This document shows positions 61,302 through 64,000 of a DNA stretch of 64,000 bases, in pieces. Every line of letters begins with the position of its first letter. Position 1 is the stretch's first letter. The DNA comes from Porticoccaceae bacterium (GTDB taxonomy: Bacteria; Pseudomonadota; Gammaproteobacteria; Pseudomonadales; Porticoccaceae): NCBI GenBank assembly GCA_041584755.1, contig JBFHDK010000003.1:12073-76072 (forward strand), read 5' to 3'. The notes below the pieces were generated by a model. That model was not told where the DNA came from. It made no database searches and saw nothing but the letters and a program-made list of their open reading frames with translations. A program made the position numbers and the translations under genes.

Positions 61302-62645
61302 TTATTCAATAGGCGCGCTGGACAAAAACGCGAGGGCAATAAAAAGGGGCGCCACGAAGCGCAAGCAGAATAACCATAGCCTGCCCACGATGCTTTGATG
61401 CAAGTCTGCTTCGCTCAGTGCACGAGTCTTGCCCCAGGCCCAGCCCGTAAACAGTGCGGTGGCGATCCCACCCAGGGGCAACAGGTAATTGGATATGGCG
61501 TAGTCGTAGGATTCGAGAATATTGCGCGGGCCAACTTTCCAGGCTTCCAGCATGCTGTAGCCCAACGATGCCGGCGCGCCGACTACAAATATGGCCGCGC
61601 CCAGCGCGAGACAGACCCGCCGCCTTGACCAGCCCGTGCGTCGGACGAAATAAGCTACCGGCACCTCCAGGATGGAAAACATGGAAGTGAGGGCGGCACC
61701 AACCAGTAAGCCAAAAAATAAAATGGCGAGCCATTGACCGCCGGGCATGATGGCAAACACGCCGGGCAGGGTGATAAAGGCCAGTTCAGGCCCGGAAGCC
61801 GGATCCAGTCCAAAAGAAAATACCGCGGGAAAGATGGCCAGCCCGGCGGCTATCGCCAGCAAGCTGTCACCTGCAACAATAGTAGCGGCTGCGCCGGGTA
61901 TGGAGTGCCCCTTCGTCAGGTAGCCGCCATAGGTGAGAAAAATGGCCATGCCGATACCCAGGGAGAAAAAAGCCTGACCGATGGCGGCAACGTAAACCTC
62001 GGGCCTGACAAAAGCCGACCAGTCCGGCGCGAACATAAAACTCAGCCCTTTGCTTGCGCCATCCAGAGTCAGGGCATAGCCCGCCAGCGTTATGACAATG
62101 AGGCCCAGGGTTGGCATCAGTACCCGATTGGCGGCTTCAATGCCTCTTTGAATGCCGCCAGCCACGACCCACACGGTCGCTACCATCATAACCAGTTGCC
62201 AGGCCAGGGGCGCCAGAGGCTGGCTGATAAACGCGTCAAAATAGTGCTGATAGTCCTGGGTTTGCCAAAGCGCGCCGGATGCGGCGCCAATAAAATATTT
62301 CAGGGACCAGCCGGCAATGACGCTGTAAAAACCCAGGATAAAAAAACAGCCGATGACGGCAAGACCACCGGCCAGGTACCAGGGTTGATCCGGGCGGGCG
62401 TGATGGAAGGCCAGTACGGCATCCCCCTGAGCGTCGCGGCCCACAGCAATTTCGGCAATGACGATGGGCAAGCCGATGAATATTACACACAGCAGATAGA
62501 TAACTAGAAAGGTGGCGCCGCCATTTTCGCCGGCGACGTAGGAAAATCGCCAGATATTACCCAGGCCCGCCGCCGATCCAATGGCCGCCAGCAGGAAGCC
62601 ATAACGTGAGCCCCAGTGTTCGTGTGTTGTTGAGCTACTTGTCAC
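61302..62645 (-). CDS. sodium-dependent transporter, SNF (neurotransmitter:sodium symporter) family
   Basis: 447 aa. GLGNIWRFSYVAGENGGATFL signature, about 11-12 TM helices. Confidence 0.85.
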   Translation of the reverse strand: MTSSSTTHEHWGSRYGFLLAAIGSAAGLGNIWRFSYVAGENGGATFLVIYLLCVIFIGLPIVIAEIAVGRDAQGDAVLAFHHARPDQPWYLAGGLAVIGCFFILGFYSVIAGWSLKYFIGAASGALWQTQDYQHYFDAFISQPLAPLAWQLVMMVATVWVVAGGIQRGIEAANRVLMPTLGLIVITLAGYALTLDGASKGLSFMFAPDWSAFVRPEVYVAAIGQAFFSLGIGMAIFLTYGGYLTKGHSIPGAAATIVAGDSLLAIAAGLAIFPAVFSFGLDPASGPELAFITLPGVFAIMPGGQWLAILFFGLLVGAALTSMFSILEVPVAYFVRRTGWSRRRVCLALGAAIFVVGAPASLGYSMLEAWKVGPRNILESYDYAISNYLLPLGGIATALFTGWAWGKTRALSEADLHQSIVGRLWLFCLRFVAPLFIALAFLSSAPIE

Positions 62646-62846
62646 AGGGGGTTATCGTCCTGATGTTTCCATGCTGTTAGCCAATGTTAACGGTATCGAC
62701 CATACCAAGAACTATGGAAAGGGGTTACCATTTCTCTCGCTGCCCTAGCAGCCACCACTCGGACTGGCCCTTGCCGGTAGCAAGCATAGCGCTGATCACC
62801 GACCGATGGCTTGATTCAAATTAACCGCTTTAAACAGGAGTTCGCC

Positions 62847-64000
62847 ATGGATTTCACTCTCTCCGAAGAACACCAGATGTTGCTGGATACCGCGGACCGG
62901 ATCGCCCAGGATTTTCCGAGGGACTACTACGTCGAATGCGCCAAGACGCAGACTTTTCCCCAGGAACAGTGGGACGCCCTGGCCCAGTCAGGGATTCTCG
63001 GGGTCAACACGCCGGAAGAATACGGGGGCTCGGGCATGGGCATGCTGGCCCTGGTGCTGTTACAGGAGCGCCTGGCCGAGCATGGTGTCGCGCCGCTGTT
63101 TTTTGTCGTTAACCAGGGCATTGCCGTGCCCAGTATCAGCCGTCACGGCACTGAAGAGCAAAAACAACGCTGGTTGCCCGCCATCGCCTCGGGCGAGAAA
63201 CGCTGTTGTTTTGCCATCACCGAGCCCAATGCCGGAACCAATACCTTCAAGATTCAGACACGGGGTCGCGAGGAAGGCGATCATTTCGTACTCAACGGCA
63301 ACAAGCTGTTTATCAGCGGCATCAACGATGCCCAGCAGGTGCTGGTGGTGGCGCGCACAGACGACAGCGATAGCGGTGAGAAAGCCAAGCTGACATTGTT
63401 TGTGGTGGATACCGACAGCGAAGGCCTCACCTGGGAGCGCATGGACACCATGCTGATGAACGCCGAAGGCCAGTTCTTTGTCTATTTCGATGAGGTGAAA
63501 GTGCCCAGGGAGAACGTCCTCGGCCAGGTGGGGCAGGGGGTCAATGTGCTTTTTGATGCCCTCAACCCGGAGCGGATGATTGTCGCGGCAGGCTCCATAG
63601 GTGGCGGTCGCCACGTGCTCGCCAGAGGCACTGAATACGCCAACGAAAGGCAGATATTCAACGGACCCATTGGCGCCTACCAGGGCCTGCAACACCCCAT
63701 GGCCGAGGCCAAGGCCCTGCTGGAGTCTGCCTCGTTGATGGTTCAGAAGGCTGCGGTACTACAGGATCAGGGCGCGCACCCCAAAGTGGTAGGCGACATA
63801 GCCAATATGGGCAAGCTGGTGGGCACCGATGCGGCTTTCAAGGCGGCGGATGCCGCCATCCAGTGCTTTGGGGGTTATGGCTTTTGTGAAAGTTACGATA
63901 TGGTCAGCCATTTTATAGGCGCTCGCCTGGGCAAAGTGGCGCCCATTAACCGGGAGATGACCCTGAATTACATTGGTGAATTCATTCTTGGGCTTCCTAA
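62847..64000 (+). CDS. acyl-CoA dehydrogenase (3' end beyond the window)
   Basis: Not in the ORF track because there is no stop in the window. ATG 62847 after CAGGAG SD. MDFTLSEEHQMLLD..., FAITEPNAGTNT, ...QCFGGYGF. The frame is open to the right edge. Confidence 0.8.
   Translation, partial: MDFTLSEEHQMLLDTADRIAQDFPRDYYVECAKTQTFPQEQWDALAQSGILGVNTPEEYGGSGMGMLALVLLQERLAEHGVAPLFFVVNQGIAVPSISRHGTEEQKQRWLPAIASGEKRCCFAITEPNAGTNTFKIQTRGREEGDHFVLNGNKLFISGINDAQQVLVVARTDDSDSGEKAKLTLFVVDTDSEGLTWERMDTMLMNAEGQFFVYFDEVKVPRENVLGQVGQGVNVLFDALNPERMIVAAGSIGGGRHVLARGTEYANERQIFNGPIGAYQGLQHPMAEAKALLESASLMVQKAAVLQDQGAHPKVVGDIANMGKLVGTDAAFKAADAAIQCFGGYGFCESYDMVSHFIGARLGKVAPINREMTLNYIGEFILGLP

Overview
The window looks like a chromosomal segment of a fairly high-GC gammaproteobacterium. 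It shows Pseudomonas/Cellvibrio-like synteny: tadA next to divergent mltF/purL, ilvIH-ilvC-pssA-leuA, holD-like/rimI, and divergent priA/rpmE. It is densely coding and mostly housekeeping: purine and branched-chain amino-acid biosynthesis, clpB with a sigma-32-type promoter, prfC, alr, priA and rpmE. Between these sit acyl-CoA catabolic modules. I found no CRISPR array, integrase, transposase, tRNA, rRNA or recognisable defence system, and I cannot point to a clear new system. Six things are worth a second look. (1) Five tandem family III CoA-transferase paralogues lie at 48.1-54.8 kb, next to an acyl-CoA synthetase/SDR/luciferase-like oxygenase/esterase/ACAD cluster. (2) A low-GC sulfotransferase-like gene sits 8 nt behind the regB-regA two-component operon. 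Its reading frame continues in a family-typical way for 71 codons past an in-frame TGA. (3) An FtsN-like SPOR-domain gene downstream of priA is split by a second in-frame TGA. (4) A BadH/BadI/BadK/AliB-like cyclohexanecarboxyl-CoA ring-cleavage module has a MarR regulator but no ligase. (5) A Leu-rich mini-ORF lies upstream of leuA. (6) A pentanucleotide repeat lies inside a small secreted protein gene. All calls come from reading the translations and nucleotide patterns by eye. No database search was run.
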